Positions 8,089 to 15,607 of a DNA stretch of 42,562 bases are shown here, piece by piece (positions within the stretch are counted from its first letter, which is position 1; every line of letters starts with the position of its first letter). A model generated the notes under the pieces. It saw only the letters and a program-made list of their open reading frames with translations, made no database searches and had not been told where the DNA came from. This DNA comes from a virus (lineage: Duplodnaviria > Caudoviricetes), in IMG/VR virus record IMGVR_UViG_3300003375_000052, positions 1 to 42,562 of that record, one strand, 5' to 3'. Position numbers and translations under genes: made by a program.

Positions 8089-9081
8089 TTATTTGTAAGC
8101 TATATCACCGTTGGCAGGATCTTTAAGCATGCCATTACCGAGATCAATCCATTTACTCTTATCAGCAGTTCCTTTAACACCCATACTCAATGGCGTGTAT
8201 TGACCTAGCTCGTTATATCCGTTTGCGGCAATTTTATCACCACTTGGGTTGGCTTTTGGTGCAGCAGCTGGCGGAACATTGTCTGCGGGATTAATCGGCT
8301 CAGTCTGCACTTGTTTAACTTCAGGTTTACCTTGAGCTTTGTTTATTACATTTTGCACAGCAACTCTAAATCCATCTAGATATGTTACACCGACTGGGCC
8401 AAATACCTTTGATACGTCAATAACTTCATTAGCAAATGTCCATGCCATGCCGTTACGACCTTCCTCTGTTTGTAGGAAAGCTGCCAGTGCTGCTGCACCT
8501 GTGGTAGATAGTCCAGACATAAGTGGTGCCCACCAACTATTCATCCAACCAAACACCCATCCACTACCTGCAGTAAACGATTTAAGAATACCCCAACCCG
8601 CTAAGGATGTTGCCAAAGTTCCTATAGCTACACTCATACATCCTTGTCGTTTATATTGATAGTCTGCAGGACTAATATTGCCAGCAGCTAATTCTTTGTC
8701 CCAATGAACCATATCTTCTCGATAACGTTCAAAGGGTGCGATTACAATACCAATCCTAACTAGAATCTTTAATGAGCGTAGGCCATTATCACGGAATGCA
8801 GCTGATGTTCCTTTGAATGCTTCCCACTCAGCATCACTAGCTGCTTTTGAAATTGTTTTTCCACCTGCTTTTTCAGCTTGTTGTAGAACCTTACGATCTA
8901 AAGGACTACCGATATATGCTTCTAATTCAGTAATTTCGCTTGGTGTTAATTTACGACCAAGCTGGCCCATAGTGTCGGCTATCAATTCAGCTGATCTTTT
9001 AGGTGAAATATTAATAGCTCGTGCCAACGCTCTTAATATACCTTCCATGGCACTTTCTTGAAGAATTTCAATTATTTTCAT
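8089..9081 (-). CDS. Hypothetical virion/internal protein with hydrophobic segments
   Basis: 330 aa; N-terminus MKIIEILQES; hydrophobic stretch from MSVAIGTLATSLAGWGIL to AAALAAFL; late promoter immediately upstream. Confidence 0.6.
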   Translation of the reverse strand: MKIIEILQESAMEGILRALARAINISPKRSAELIADTMGQLGRKLTPSEITELEAYIGSPLDRKVLQQAEKAGGKTISKAASDAEWEAFKGTSAAFRDNGLRSLKILVRIGIVIAPFERYREDMVHWDKELAAGNISPADYQYKRQGCMSVAIGTLATSLAGWGILKSFTAGSGWVFGWMNSWWAPLMSGLSTTGAAALAAFLQTEEGRNGMAWTFANEVIDVSKVFGPVGVTYLDGFRVAVQNVINKAQGKPEVKQVQTEPINPADNVPPAAAPKANPSGDKIAANGYNELGQYTPLSMGVKGTADKSKWIDLGNGMLKDPANGDIAYK

Positions 9082-9088
9082 ATAGTCA

Positions 9089-9096
9089 TATTTATA
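9089..9096 (-). promoter_or_regulatory. Late promoter TATAAATA, probably giving a leaderless mRNA
   Basis: Exact T4 late consensus 7 nt upstream of ATG 9081; no SD. Confidence 0.75.
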
Positions 9097-9568
9097 AGAA
9101 GAACTAGCGTTCTTCTGTGTTTTCGCTTGCGCTCAAACACATTTCTTTCTTTTAAACAATGATAAAGTGCGAAGCACTTAAGATATTATCTAGATCGTTC
9201 AGTCACACTTTGCCCAGGCAGGGCAAAGTGAACGGACATTATCTGAGTCGAACATGTACACAGTAGCAATATGGCATTACAGAGGCGGTCATCCGGTACC
9301 TCGAGCCAAGTCTTTATATGACGGCGGTTGTTTAGCATTCGCTACCACACTAAACAACGTAGGGTTTTTCTCCCTTCTTTTAGCCTGTTTAAACTTGCTC
9401 TTATTGATCAAACGGATTCCATAGGCATATTCCGTCGGGGTCCTGTTAAGGATACTGATCAATAACTCTGCTGCCGGTCAGAAATTCCTTGCCCTGCGAT
9501 CCTAGATCCAGTTAAAAGGCGCCCTCAAAGCTGGCGAACGCTGTAAAATATGGCAGTTATTTGCCTAG
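9097..9568 (-). ncRNA. Candidate large structured non-coding RNA (alternatively a structured replication origin)
   Basis: The only long intergenic region in the window; at least 8 stems; G-U pairs, a GNRA loop and tandem GA pairs work only on the minus strand. Confidence 0.55.
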
Positions 9569-9570
9569 AT

Positions 9571-9999
9571 TTATTGAGCCTTGCGTATATGCGAACCATG
9601 CACACGTACTTGAATATGACCGTTATAATAGTCATCGCTTTCAAGCACACGCCGTGCAAACTGCTCACGTGCTTCGATATAGCTACACTCTGCCTTGGAT
9701 TTGCAATAAAAAAGAATTTGTCTTGTGAATTTTTCTGTGCCTAGTGCCACAACATCCTCAGTCAGTGCCGGCGACGAACCATAATAGTCCTGCCAATCTG
9801 ACTCGATTTTGCTGCGGATTTTCTTCTTTTTCTTAGTGCCATTCTTTTGTTTGATCACCCGATAGGTGGTCTTAGAGAATTTTGCTAATTTTTTGCCTAT
9901 GTACATGCGCCCTGTAGCAGTGTTGGTTATAATATAAACAAAGCCCACACAATCCTCGGGCAACACATCCACTACTTGATTCTCGAAAGTCCATGTCAT
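9571..9999 (-). CDS. Minimal GIY-YIG endonuclease (Seg/EndoII-like)
   Basis: GFVY-(9 aa)-YIGKK, YYGSS, conserved Glu (YIEAREQF) and Asn (YYNGHI); Lys-rich insert; ATG at 9999. Confidence 0.85.
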   Translation of the reverse strand: MTWTFENQVVDVLPEDCVGFVYIITNTATGRMYIGKKLAKFSKTTYRVIKQKNGTKKKKKIRSKIESDWQDYYGSSPALTEDVVALGTEKFTRQILFYCKSKAECSYIEAREQFARRVLESDDYYNGHIQVRVHGSHIRKAQ

Positions 10000-10003
10000 C
10001 AAC

Positions 10004-10011
10004 TAGTTAGT
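10004..10011 (-). promoter_or_regulatory. Possible variant late promoter ACTAACTA
   Basis: 4 nt upstream of the GIY-YIG ATG, the same spacing as CATAAATA at 3104; no SD; one mismatch to ACTAAATA at 14286. Confidence 0.35.
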
Positions 10012-10017
10012 CGATGA

Positions 10018-10266
10018 TCACTGCTTACCCTTGCCTTTTTGAGCGCGACGAACTTTACGTTCATCTAACTGCGCTCGCTTTTCTATTTGCCACAGCCTAA
10101 TTTCTTTGCGCCTTGCTGAACACACATTGCGTATGTCTGATAATAAATGCCTTAATCTTATGGTACTTGCGTAGGTGTCTTTATCGTGCCACTCTTGATT
10201 CTCCTCAAAGTAAGCACGGAAAACCTTCATTAATTCTGCATGAAGTTCTTCGTCTTTCTTACGCAT
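10018..10266 (-). CDS. Small basic helical protein, possibly DNA-binding (weak Hc1-like pattern)
   Basis: 82 aa, Arg/Lys-rich; STIRLRHLLSDIRNVCSARRKEI; TAATG coupling to the upstream ORF. Confidence 0.55.
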   Translation of the reverse strand: MRKKDEELHAELMKVFRAYFEENQEWHDKDTYASTIRLRHLLSDIRNVCSARRKEIRLWQIEKRAQLDERKVRRAQKGKGKQ

Positions 10267-10457
10267 TACTCTTTGGCCTGTCGAATAATTTCACCAGCAA
10301 CTTTGCCTGCACGATCTTCATTCATAGAATAATAGTGCAGAACATCGGCATACATTAAGATACCCGCTGCTATAGTCTTGTCCTCACACTCTTCTTCGAG
10401 CATGAGGGCAATTTCACGTAAGTGTACCACAGCATCGATCAGCTTTAAGTTTCTCAC
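10266..10457 (-). CDS. Hypothetical protein
   Basis: 63 aa; start overlaps the gp46 stop and stop overlaps the next start. Confidence 0.6.
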   Translation of the reverse strand: MRNLKLIDAVVHLREIALMLEEECEDKTIAAGILMYADVLHYYSMNEDRAGKVAGEIIRQAKE

Positions 10458-12232
10458 TCAGTAACCTCTAAGTCGTTGGCATAACTGGTAAAACCATTTT
10501 CTTTGATAACCTTAAGCACGTTGTTTACACGTCCAATTAATTCATCTTTGTGACTAATCAAGAATATATTCTTCTTGCGTTCACGAGCCATTTTCTTAAG
10601 CACTGCCAAAGCACCTTCTACACCCGACGCATCTAGGCCGTTGTCAATGAGCTCGTCAACAAACAACAGGTTAATCTGCTGATATAAGCTCTCCCAAACA
10701 TCGCGGAATGCAAACGACAAACCTAAGATCAAGCGATTACGCTCTCCTCGACTTAGATTATCAAAGTCTAAGTCTTGCCCTAGCTGTGTTATCAGTACTG
10801 TTAGATCGTTTTGAAATAATACAGAGTGTGGTAATCCCATCTTGTCTAGGTAATAGGTCAAACGATTGTTCAAATAAGCTAGGTTTTGATCTATGATCTT
10901 TTTGCGTATAAAGCTATCTTTGCTGGTAAGTAATTTTAATAAAAACTCTTGATGATCTTTAAGTGTATTCAGCTGATTGACGCGATCCCATGTGATCTCC
11001 TGTAGAGCAGTGTCAGTGAGTTCATCAATCTGCTCTTGATAAGGATCAGCTTCACCAGCTTTAATAGCCAGCTGAGTTTCTAGAGTCTTTAGATTGTTCT
11101 GATGTTTAAGTGCCTGCTCTAGGGTGTCATAGTAGGTATTGGGGCGGGCAGTTAACTCACCTAGGCCGGAAATTTCCTTGGTAATTTTAGCAAGATCTTT
11201 TGCAACCTTGTCATGATATTTCTTGGCCTCATCAAGGTGTGCTTGTGCTTGAGCAGTCATTTCTTCATGTTTATGGTCATGGAGTTCTTGTTCACAAGCA
11301 TGACAGGTCTTATTAGCCAACTTGGCAAGCTCGCCGTCATACTTCGTGACGCTTCGCTCTGCTTGCGCTATCGCGCTATCTAACGTAGCCCGCTCCTTAT
11401 TTAGGCTGCGCAGCTTCGCTGCTCTTTCATCGTAATCTTTGAGCTCCGCATGCTTCGCAAGCTCAGCATCAATATCTACGCCCTCTAATTCTACAATAGC
11501 TCGCCCTATTTTTTCAAGCTCTTGTTCATGCTGAGTGTTCCAAGCATTGCGTCTATTTAACAGTGCATCAATGCTTTTTTGTATACCTTCATTGGCTTTC
11601 TTAGTAGCCTCGATATCTGCTGATTCCTGTGTGATAGCATCTTTGCTTTCACGGATCATCTCTTTAAGTGTTTCTGCTTTTTCACTCAATAAAGTAATAC
11701 CTAGCAACTGTTCAATAATCACCCGCTGGTCGTTAGCTCGCATTGACAAGAACGGTTCAGTATAAGTGTTGAGAGCGACCACGTGCTTGAACATGTCGTG
11801 GCTCATTCCGATCAACTCATCTAGGTCCTTTTGTGTTTCACGCATGTCACCCTGGGCATCGTCAGTTTCTTCTGATTCTTGCTCTTGATCGTTGACAAAG
11901 AACTTCATGATTGTGGGTTTACGCCCACGTTCTATTCTGTAGTCAATACCATCTTTTTCAAATGCCAAGGTAACCAACATGTTCTTGTTGTTAATCTTAT
12001 TAATAAGATTATCTTTCTTAATATTAGTTAACGCATTACCAAATAGAGCAAAACTTAAGGCATTAACGATGGTGGTCTTACCAGTACCATTGCGTGATCC
12101 GTTGTCATCACCGCCTTGATCTAAGTTTTCACCTAAAACTAAGGTTAGATTTTCCTGTGCAAAGTTTACTGCTTGAGTTTGGTTACCTACACTCATGAAA
12201 TTTTTCACGGTTAGTTCTTTGATACGAATCAT
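10454..12232 (-). CDS. gp46: Recombination ATPase subunit (Rad50/SbcC-like)
   Basis: KNFMSVGN, Walker A NGTGKTT, coiled coil with CHAC zinc hook, signature LSRGE, Walker B LLFVDE, H-loop ISHK. Confidence 0.96.
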   Translation of the reverse strand: MIRIKELTVKNFMSVGNQTQAVNFAQENLTLVLGENLDQGGDDNGSRNGTGKTTIVNALSFALFGNALTNIKKDNLINKINNKNMLVTLAFEKDGIDYRIERGRKPTIMKFFVNDQEQESEETDDAQGDMRETQKDLDELIGMSHDMFKHVVALNTYTEPFLSMRANDQRVIIEQLLGITLLSEKAETLKEMIRESKDAITQESADIEATKKANEGIQKSIDALLNRRNAWNTQHEQELEKIGRAIVELEGVDIDAELAKHAELKDYDERAAKLRSLNKERATLDSAIAQAERSVTKYDGELAKLANKTCHACEQELHDHKHEEMTAQAQAHLDEAKKYHDKVAKDLAKITKEISGLGELTARPNTYYDTLEQALKHQNNLKTLETQLAIKAGEADPYQEQIDELTDTALQEITWDRVNQLNTLKDHQEFLLKLLTSKDSFIRKKIIDQNLAYLNNRLTYYLDKMGLPHSVLFQNDLTVLITQLGQDLDFDNLSRGERNRLILGLSFAFRDVWESLYQQINLLFVDELIDNGLDASGVEGALAVLKKMARERKKNIFLISHKDELIGRVNNVLKVIKENGFTSYANDLEVTE

Positions 12233-13242
12233 AGGCTATTATAAATTTCCAGTAGGGTATTTTTGTTGTAAGTATCACTATCAATGCTGATAATTTGATT
12301 GCTGACAATTTGATCTACCGACTCAAACGCTTGAATATCGATATCGGTATTAATCTCAACTTCTTTCTTTTCTGCAATTAATGTGAGTTCGCGAATATCA
12401 TAATCGCTGATAAACTTTTCTTTGATAAAGCTAGCTTCTTCAAAGCTGATATCTATGTCTAGGGCCACACGCAGGTGCTGCTTAGGCAGAATGATTTCAT
12501 CTGCACGATCAATCAACTCACTTAGTTTAATGGTGCGGAATGTAGGTTGAGCCGGCCAAGTATGAAACACAGGTTGTCCACCCCACTCAAGTATCATCAT
12601 ACCACGTTCGTCATCCCACGCATCTGAATAATTGTGTGGAAATGCATTGCCGATATAGCACATGTTTTCGTTCATTTGTCGTTTGTGGAAATGTCCACTA
12701 AATCCTAATTCAAAGCCTTTAAATGCTTCTGCTTGTAATTCTCCGTGATCTGGCATTTGTACCATGGCGTTCATAAAGAACTTAGGCAATTCAAAGTGGC
12801 CAAAGCAGTATTTGCCTGTGCGATTTTTAATAGTCTTCCACTCATCCCCTACTAGCCAGGGACACATAGTAACATCGCCTAGGGTAGTAACTTCATGAAT
12901 AACAGTTATTCCGGGAATATACTTGCCAAATTCAACAGAATGAATATCGCGCTTGTCTTTATAATATAAATCATGATTGCCAGGAAAAAAGTAGAAATTA
13001 TCAAACGCCTGACCCAGCTTTTCCAAGGCCCTAAGGCTATAGTCCATAGTAGTGATATTAAGACTATTGCGATTGTGATGCCAATCGCCCATGAAAATTC
13101 CTGTATCACAACCTTCCTCCTTAGCTTTGGCAATATACCAATCAACAAAGTCTTCACAATCTTGATTGTGTACGCTACTGTTTGATTTTAATCCAAAGTG
13201 AATGTCTGTGAAACAGGCAATCTTTTTAAAGAGATTGCTCAT
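12229..13242 (-). CDS. gp47: Recombination nuclease subunit (Mre11/SbcD-like)
   Basis: Metallophosphoesterase motifs TDIHFG, GDWHH, GNHD, GHFEL, SGHFH. Confidence 0.96.
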   Translation of the reverse strand: MSNLFKKIACFTDIHFGLKSNSSVHNQDCEDFVDWYIAKAKEEGCDTGIFMGDWHHNRNSLNITTMDYSLRALEKLGQAFDNFYFFPGNHDLYYKDKRDIHSVEFGKYIPGITVIHEVTTLGDVTMCPWLVGDEWKTIKNRTGKYCFGHFELPKFFMNAMVQMPDHGELQAEAFKGFELGFSGHFHKRQMNENMCYIGNAFPHNYSDAWDDERGMMILEWGGQPVFHTWPAQPTFRTIKLSELIDRADEIILPKQHLRVALDIDISFEEASFIKEKFISDYDIRELTLIAEKKEVEINTDIDIQAFESVDQIVSNQIISIDSDTYNKNTLLEIYNSL

Positions 13243-13407
13243 TTAATAACATTCCTTAACGATATAATATGTGGGCTTAGGATACTTGTTAGCAATATCC
13301 TCTTCCTTGATCCATTTGTTCATAGCTGGAGCATTAAAAAACATTTTATTAACAACAACTTTATGTGTTGCTGATTCTACAATGCTTAGATAGTTATTTT
13401 TACTCAC
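13243..13407 (-). CDS. Hypothetical protein (about 54 aa)
   Basis: Probable GTG start at 13407 with GAGGA upstream, overlapping the gp55 stop; fills the gp55-gp47 gap. Confidence 0.55.
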   Translation of the reverse strand: MSKNNYLSIVESATHKVVVNKMFFNAPAMNKWIKEEDIANKYPKPTYYIVKECY

Positions 13408-14233
13408 TAGAAGTATCCTCATTAAATCGTTTAAGTGCTGCCTCATGCTCGCCCTGTCCAGTACGACTATAACTTGGATTCATACCGTTAATTTCTAAGA
13501 TATCATCACGGATATTTTGATTGCGTTTTTCAATATTAATAACACGAACAAAGCTATTGGTAACAGCAGCCGTGAAATAGGCAAACGGGTTATCTGATTT
13601 AGATTCATCAAATTGTAATCCAATCTGTGTCAACTGTAGTATAGCCTGTCCTTTCATTTCGTCATTATATGTGTAGCCACGAACGTTGCCGCGAGTAGCA
13701 TAACGTTCACATAATTTTAACATCATACGGGCTAGAGTTGGAGTAATTTGGCCAGCATCTTTGTCAAACTTGCCCTTGACCAAATCGCCCTTCCAATGAC
13801 TTTTTCCAACACATACTAGTTCGTCTTCATCATTAAATTTCCAATGTTGGAATGGAGGAAAGTTTACTTTGTCCCTGTGATCTGCTAGACTTTTGGGATT
13901 CTTTTTACGGGTATTATTAAGTGGAATATGATCAAAGCTCATAATACGGAATATTAAATCTGTTTTGGCAATTTTTTTGTAGTCAACTTCTGTGTCAGCT
14001 TGTTTGACTTTTTCACCCAGCGCCTTGCGCCTTTGGTATTCCGCATCGCCGAGTCGTTTGGCTCGATTACGCTTGGCTTCTGCGATTGTGCGTATGTTTA
14101 CCTTGTCTATACTGGGTAATATGATGTCATATTGATGATATTCTGGACGGGTAAACACGCAATATGTTGTTTTGCTTCTATGGATTTCTAACAACATATC
14201 CTTGTTGTTTAGGTAATTTACTTTTGTTGCCAT
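13400..14233 (-). CDS. gp55: Late-transcription sigma factor with a large internal insertion
   Basis: NYLNNKDML, then RGYTYNDEM, QFDESKSDNPFAYFT...NSFVRVINIEK; gp55-47-46 gene order. Confidence 0.92.
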   Translation of the reverse strand: MATKVNYLNNKDMLLEIHRSKTTYCVFTRPEYHQYDIILPSIDKVNIRTIAEAKRNRAKRLGDAEYQRRKALGEKVKQADTEVDYKKIAKTDLIFRIMSFDHIPLNNTRKKNPKSLADHRDKVNFPPFQHWKFNDEDELVCVGKSHWKGDLVKGKFDKDAGQITPTLARMMLKLCERYATRGNVRGYTYNDEMKGQAILQLTQIGLQFDESKSDNPFAYFTAAVTNSFVRVINIEKRNQNIRDDILEINGMNPSYSRTGQGEHEAALKRFNEDTSSE

Positions 14234-14257
14234 AGGGCTTCATTCTCCGGATGTCTA

Positions 14258-14286
14258 ATTATAAACTACGTACTTTAAAAAGTCAA
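14258..14286 (-). promoter_or_regulatory. Host sigma70-type promoter TTGACT-N17-TATAAT
   Basis: -35 at 14286-14281, -10 at 14263-14258, exact 17-bp spacer, upstream of gp55. Confidence 0.85.
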
Positions 14287-14293
14287 CTAAATA
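14286..14293 (+). promoter_or_regulatory. Putative late promoter ACTAAATA for the baseplate operon
   Basis: TAAATA core 22 nt upstream of ATG 14316; AAGGA RBS in between. Confidence 0.6.
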
Positions 14294-14315
14294 TTATACC
14301 AAAAAGGATTTCATT

Positions 14316-15302
14316 ATGGCTGTAACAAATATTCTAGCTGCCTCTACTAACGCTGTTGCAACGGCTGCAGGTGCTGTTAATTCTGTATCAAATCTTGCAT
14401 CAGCGGTTTCTGCTGGATATGGTGGCGGTGGTGGAATTGCAGGTGCATTAAGAGCCATCGATCTACCAAGTGCTGGCGAAATCGCAGGTGATTTATATGT
14501 TGCTGCTGCCCAATTTGCAAATGATCCTGCTGCTAATGATTGGCGTGTCAGATTGAGTCTCCCATCGTGGCCTAGCTTTCAAACTAGCCCTGTTCTTAAA
14601 CCTCTCCAGGATGCCGGCGGCTTAATATTCCCATATACTCCTAGCATTACAATAGCAAGTGCTGCTACATACACCTCAATTGATACCGTTCATACTAACT
14701 ATGCATTTAGAGCATTTCAAACCAGCGACCCAGGTGCAATCACAATAACCGCTCCTATGAATGTTGAAGATCCAACACAAGGATTATACTGGATTGCTGC
14801 CGTGCATTATTTACGTAGCTTAACTAAAATGTTTACAGGAAATGATCCTAAGGCGGGGAATCCTCCACCGGTTGTTATGTTAAACGGATATGGAAATTTT
14901 GTGTTTAAAAATGTCCCATGCGTTGTGACTAATTTTCAGTCAACACTAGATGACAAGTGCGATTATATTGGTGTTCCGGTAGTTGGTAGTGCTGCTGGCG
15001 CGATACAAGGTATTGCTGATCAAACTGCTGGGCTTGCAGATACACTTGGCGGAGTATTTGGATCTATAGCCGGGGTTACTGACGTTGTTAGCGAAATTGC
15101 AGGCGGAGTAGGGCAAGTAGCAGCATTGGGCGCATTATTTGGAGCAGGCGGATCGACTAGTGGTGGCACCAGCTATGTTCCAACTAAGAGCCAGTTTACA
15201 GTAACACTACAACCTGTATACAGTAGAAATAGTGCCCGCAACTTTAGCCTTGATAGGTTTGTCGAAGGCGGATATTTAACTAACCCATTTGGATATATTT
15301 AA
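14316..15302 (+). CDS. Baseplate/tail-tube initiator-type protein (gp48/gp54-like)
   Basis: GLIFPYTPSI and PPPVVMLNGYGNFVFKNVPCVV motifs; first gene of the baseplate operon, before gp53. Confidence 0.55.
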   Translation: MAVTNILAASTNAVATAAGAVNSVSNLASAVSAGYGGGGGIAGALRAIDLPSAGEIAGDLYVAAAQFANDPAANDWRVRLSLPSWPSFQTSPVLKPLQDAGGLIFPYTPSITIASAATYTSIDTVHTNYAFRAFQTSDPGAITITAPMNVEDPTQGLYWIAAVHYLRSLTKMFTGNDPKAGNPPPVVMLNGYGNFVFKNVPCVVTNFQSTLDDKCDYIGVPVVGSAAGAIQGIADQTAGLADTLGGVFGSIAGVTDVVSEIAGGVGQVAALGALFGAGGSTSGGTSYVPTKSQFTVTLQPVYSRNSARNFSLDRFVEGGYLTNPFGYI

Positions 15303-15303
15303 T

Positions 15304-15606
15304 ATGCCATCAATCTATACAAATAATAGTCCTTGGTACATTACTCCGATAACTAACGGATATTTAGACATACTAAGCATCAGACCTGTTAGTGCTAGTA
15401 TTGACGACTATCTATATACTATTCAACCACAATATACATATCGTCCTGATTTATTAGCATTTGATTTATACGGTGATGCAAAATTGTGGTGGGTATTTAT
15501 TCAACGAAATCTTGATGTACTTCAAGATCCTATTCTTGATTTTGTTCCCGGCACACAAATTTATATTTGTAAAAACAGTGAATTAATTCCGGCATTAGGA
15601 ATATAA
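15304..15606 (+). CDS. gp53: Baseplate wedge protein, gp53/LysM-like
   Basis: YRPDLLAFDLYGDAKLWWVFIQRN motif; ATG at 15304 just after the upstream stop. Confidence 0.8.
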   Translation: MPSIYTNNSPWYITPITNGYLDILSIRPVSASIDDYLYTIQPQYTYRPDLLAFDLYGDAKLWWVFIQRNLDVLQDPILDFVPGTQIYICKNSELIPALGI

Positions 15607-15607
15607 G

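Noticed and set aside
9097-9568. Group I intron, tRNA, tmRNA or RNase P identity for the structured region
   Set aside because: No interrupted host gene on either side and no recognisable P7 core. The T-loop-like GTTCGACTC (9253-9245, minus strand) lacks a full T-stem and acceptor stem. No RNase P CR-I/CR-V pair was seen.
9097-9568. CRISPR or TIGR-like repeat-spacer array
   Set aside because: No regularly spaced direct repeats; the hairpins differ in sequence.
13750-14170. Intein as the explanation for the gp55 insertion
   Set aside because: No Cys/Ser-start block paired with a His-Asn-Cys/Ser/Thr end, and no LAGLIDADG motif.
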